Source: Heterodontus francisci (Eukaryota). Taken from it: DNA of 64,000 bases. The notes under the pieces were generated by a model that saw nothing but the letters and a program-made list of their open reading frames with translations, did not search any database and had not been told where the DNA came from. Positions 61,509 through 64,000 of this stretch are shown one piece after another (within the stretch, counting starts at the first letter, position 1; each line of letters starts with the position of its first letter). The translations under genes were made by a program, and so were the position numbers. Location: positions 12,118,550-12,182,549 of the forward strand of contig NC_090404.1 of the NCBI RefSeq assembly GCF_036365525.1, read 5' to 3'.

Positions 61509-61989
61509 ATGAGATCGGCGATTTCTCTCAGTCTGTTGCTGATTTTCTTATCCCGTGAGTAGTTTTTGCCAGCCGTGTCTTGCACTGTTACTGTCTCAGT
61601 GTTAGTCTCTCTCTGGAATGTTACAGAGTCAGGAATCATTTCACCAGGATTAATCCTCGGGGTTTTTGATATTTTTTTTACAGGTGTCCATTCGGACGTG
61701 GTGTTGACTCAGCCAGAGGCAGAGACCGGGAAACCCGGAGGCTCCCTGCGACTGACCTGTAAAACCAGCGGGTTCAATCTTGAATACAGCTATATGAACT
61801 GGGTCCGACAGGTTCCCGGGAAGGGGCTGGAGTGGTTGGTCAGCTACGCGGATTCATCAGATAACAGTTACGCCCCAGGGATTCAGGATCGATTTACTGC
61901 GTCCAAAGACACTTCAAACAACATCTTCGCCTTGGACATGAAGAACCTGAAGACTGAAGACACCGCCATGTATTACTGTGCAGCAGAGT
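61509..61989 (+). CDS. IGHV: IgM-type heavy chain V segment, intact (leader exon 61509-61554, V exon 61684-61989)
   Basis: Leader [15 protein letters not shown] followed by gtgagt; tacag acceptor. V exon: [101 protein letters not shown], a typical shark IgM VH framework. TATA-like tatttaaa at 61411. Confidence 0.96.
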
Positions 61990-62028
61990 CACAGTGAGTG
62001 GACGTAGGGCTGGACCCGTACAAGAACA
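61990..62028 (+). other. VH 23-RSS
   Basis: CACAGTG, a 23-nt spacer, then ACAAGAACA. Confidence 0.92.
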
Positions 62029-62393
62029 GATCGTGAGGGATTCGACAAATTCGGTCATAACCTGACGGTCAGTAATTGTATTAAATATATTATTAATTGC
62101 TGCGGTCAGAACCAGACCGTACACAAAACAGCACAGAGAAAATTCAATGGTACAAATCGAAGACACTAACACTGAGTAATTTTGCCTGCACTCAATTTCA
62201 ATGTTAACAGCATCAGTAATTGCAGACCTGGATAAGATGTTGATTTTAATGTGACTGATACCTGGAGGGAGTTACTTGGAGCTGTGTTCACTTCCTACCG
62301 CGTGGTGTAAACTTTTGGATATGTTCTAAACTAGATCAGAAGTGAATTTCTGTTTGAAGTGAATGTTGACAGTACTGAACAGAGAGTGAGTGC

Positions 62394-62473
62394 AGTATTT
62401 GTGCGGGTTCGTGTCACTGTGGGTACTATGGGGATCACGGTGCTGTACAGAGCGAGTTCCTCTTACAAAATCC
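62394..62473 (+). other. IGHD: IgH D1 segment (coding 62422-62435, GGTACTATGGGGAT) with 12-RSS and 22-RSS
   Basis: AGTATTTGT-12-CACTGTG | D | CACGGTG-22-ACAAAATCC. The 12/22 layout is typical of shark D1. Confidence 0.93.
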
Positions 62474-62786
62474 CCAGACACGGAGCTTGCTCAAAGCTGT
62501 GATCACTACCACGGCAGGAGGGTCGTAAACAATGAGAATTAAATAAAAATAATGGATAAATATAATGCAGTTTGTGAAAATGTATGAAAGTCCATTGCTT
62601 TATTAGTGTTGACTGTCATGCTAAATCAGCATAGATTCTTCAGAAGTATGTCAATCCGCTTTATAAATATAATGACCCGTACAAATTGAATTATCTCACG
62701 GATGTACTCTTCGGTGAGTGGGAACCAGGTTTTTTAAGAGTGCTGTGGAATTTAATCTCTGTATTTTACAGTTAACAGTCCGCCGC

Positions 62787-62852
62787 AGTATTTGACACGA
62801 CGTGTCTCACTGTGTACTGGGTGGCACAGCAGTTACTGTCAATACAAAAAGC
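62787..62852 (+). other. IGHD: IgH D2 segment (coding 62815-62824, TACTGGGTGG) with 12/12 RSSs
   Basis: AGTATTTGA-12-CACTGTG | D | CACAGCA-12-ACAAAAAGC. Confidence 0.93.
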
Positions 62853-63178
62853 CCCTCAGCACTAATTGATGAACCTGGGTCACTGATCGTTTTTACAGTC
62901 CAACTGTAGATGCAGCAAAAGTACTATTTGTGTCCAGCACTGTCTTACTAGCACGGTTTATTATGGATAAACTGATAATTATTCATTTGTCAGTTGGTGA
63001 TTTCAATAATTGCTGACATGTTACTGTGTGAAATATAAAACGTCAGGGAAATTTATGAAGAGTGAAAAGAATCATGAACACAGTTATAATTTTCTGAAGA
63101 ACCATCATGATTTTATTTTGCCTCTGTGGTGTGGATATTTAAAATAATGCTGGATTTCTCTCTATTCTGTGCAGAGCC

Positions 63179-63265
63179 GGTTATTGTGTGACCCAGCCCA
63201 GGGAATGTAACACTGTGACTATCTCGAGGACTGGGGTCAAGGGACCATGGTGACGGTGACTGCAG
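63179..63265 (+). CDS. IGHJ: IgH J segment (coding 63218-63265, YLEDWGQGTMVTVTA) with a 5' 23-RSS
   Basis: GGTTATTGT-23-CACTGTG, WGQG motif, donor gtaag at 63266. Confidence 0.95.
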
Positions 63266-64000
63266 GTAAGAAAAATGAACGTATTCAGTAACTGATTTAT
63301 TTGTGTTTTTATTTTAAATTTCTGTTTATTTTAATGAAACATTCGTTCACTGAAATGTGGATTTGGTGGATTCTGTCTTGATATTTGTTGCAATGTTTCA
63401 TTTGATTCTGCTGCAAAGGGATGAAAGAATTTAACGGTTTCTTCACAATCGGTTCTGTTGCGGGATTCAGCTCCAGATTGATGTGATTTGGTATTTATTT
63501 GCTGATGAGACTGTGTGTCTGGGCTACTTTAAATATCTAACTGTTGTTAAACTTTTTGACGTTTCTGCAATGTTTAATCTTGGTGACATCTAGTCACTGC
63601 AGGTTTTCCGATCTAATACAAACAATAAGTGTTTAAATATGTTTGCAATAAAATTGTATGCAGAAAACGTCAGTGGTCAAAAATAGCCTTACGATATTTT
63701 GATCTATTTTTATTTATGACAATTAAATTGTCATTTATCAATCTACTGCTCACGAATGCTCATATGTAATACATTAAATTTTGATGTAATTAAGAATGAC
63801 ATAAATAACAAATTTGCAGTTTTAGTCAGATTTACATTCATATAACCTCACTCATTATACTACGGTGATATCGGCCAATATTAATGAAATATGCTATAGT
63901 ATCAAGATTAATTTATTAAACATGCTGTCTGCGCTGAAAATTCTGCTGCCATTTTTATATATTTGCTGGTAAGTCAGACAGGCGGGTTCGGTGGATTCTG

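Noticed and set aside
61566-61683. N-terminal extension of the VH ORF in the ORF track
   Set aside because: This is the leader-V intron read through in frame; the true leader exon is 61509-61554.

Overview
Vertebrate genomic DNA, almost certainly from a shark or other cartilaginous fish: it has a V-D-D-J IgM cluster architecture, HE1-type SINEs and elasmobranch-type CR1 and Penelope repeats. The window is a mixed antigen-receptor region. It opens with the membrane exons (TM1/TM2) of an IgM heavy-chain gene (+, 857-1139) and ends with an apparently functional IgM-type leader-VH-D1-D2-JH unit with intact RSSs (+, 61509-63265). Between them lie three T-cell receptor alpha/delta-type V segments: one intact (+, 15299-15803) and two pseudogenes (-, 24160-25228 and 30710-31192). 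Much of the rest is transposable elements: CR1-clade LINEs (one with a nearly complete open ORF2), Penelope-like elements carrying minimal hammerhead ribozyme motifs, a Gmr1-like Gypsy relic, a SWIM/AT-hook DNA transposon, a Harbinger relic and SINEs. There are also 27-bp satellite arrays, a C2H2 zinc-finger pseudogene and two assembly gaps (39791-39926, 58922-59321). The main observation is that TCR V genes are interleaved between two co-oriented IgM clusters, and the intact TCR V has an RSS compatible with the downstream IgM D segments. The same V is also bracketed by an inverted copy of its own promoter. All calls come from manual reading; no database searches were run.
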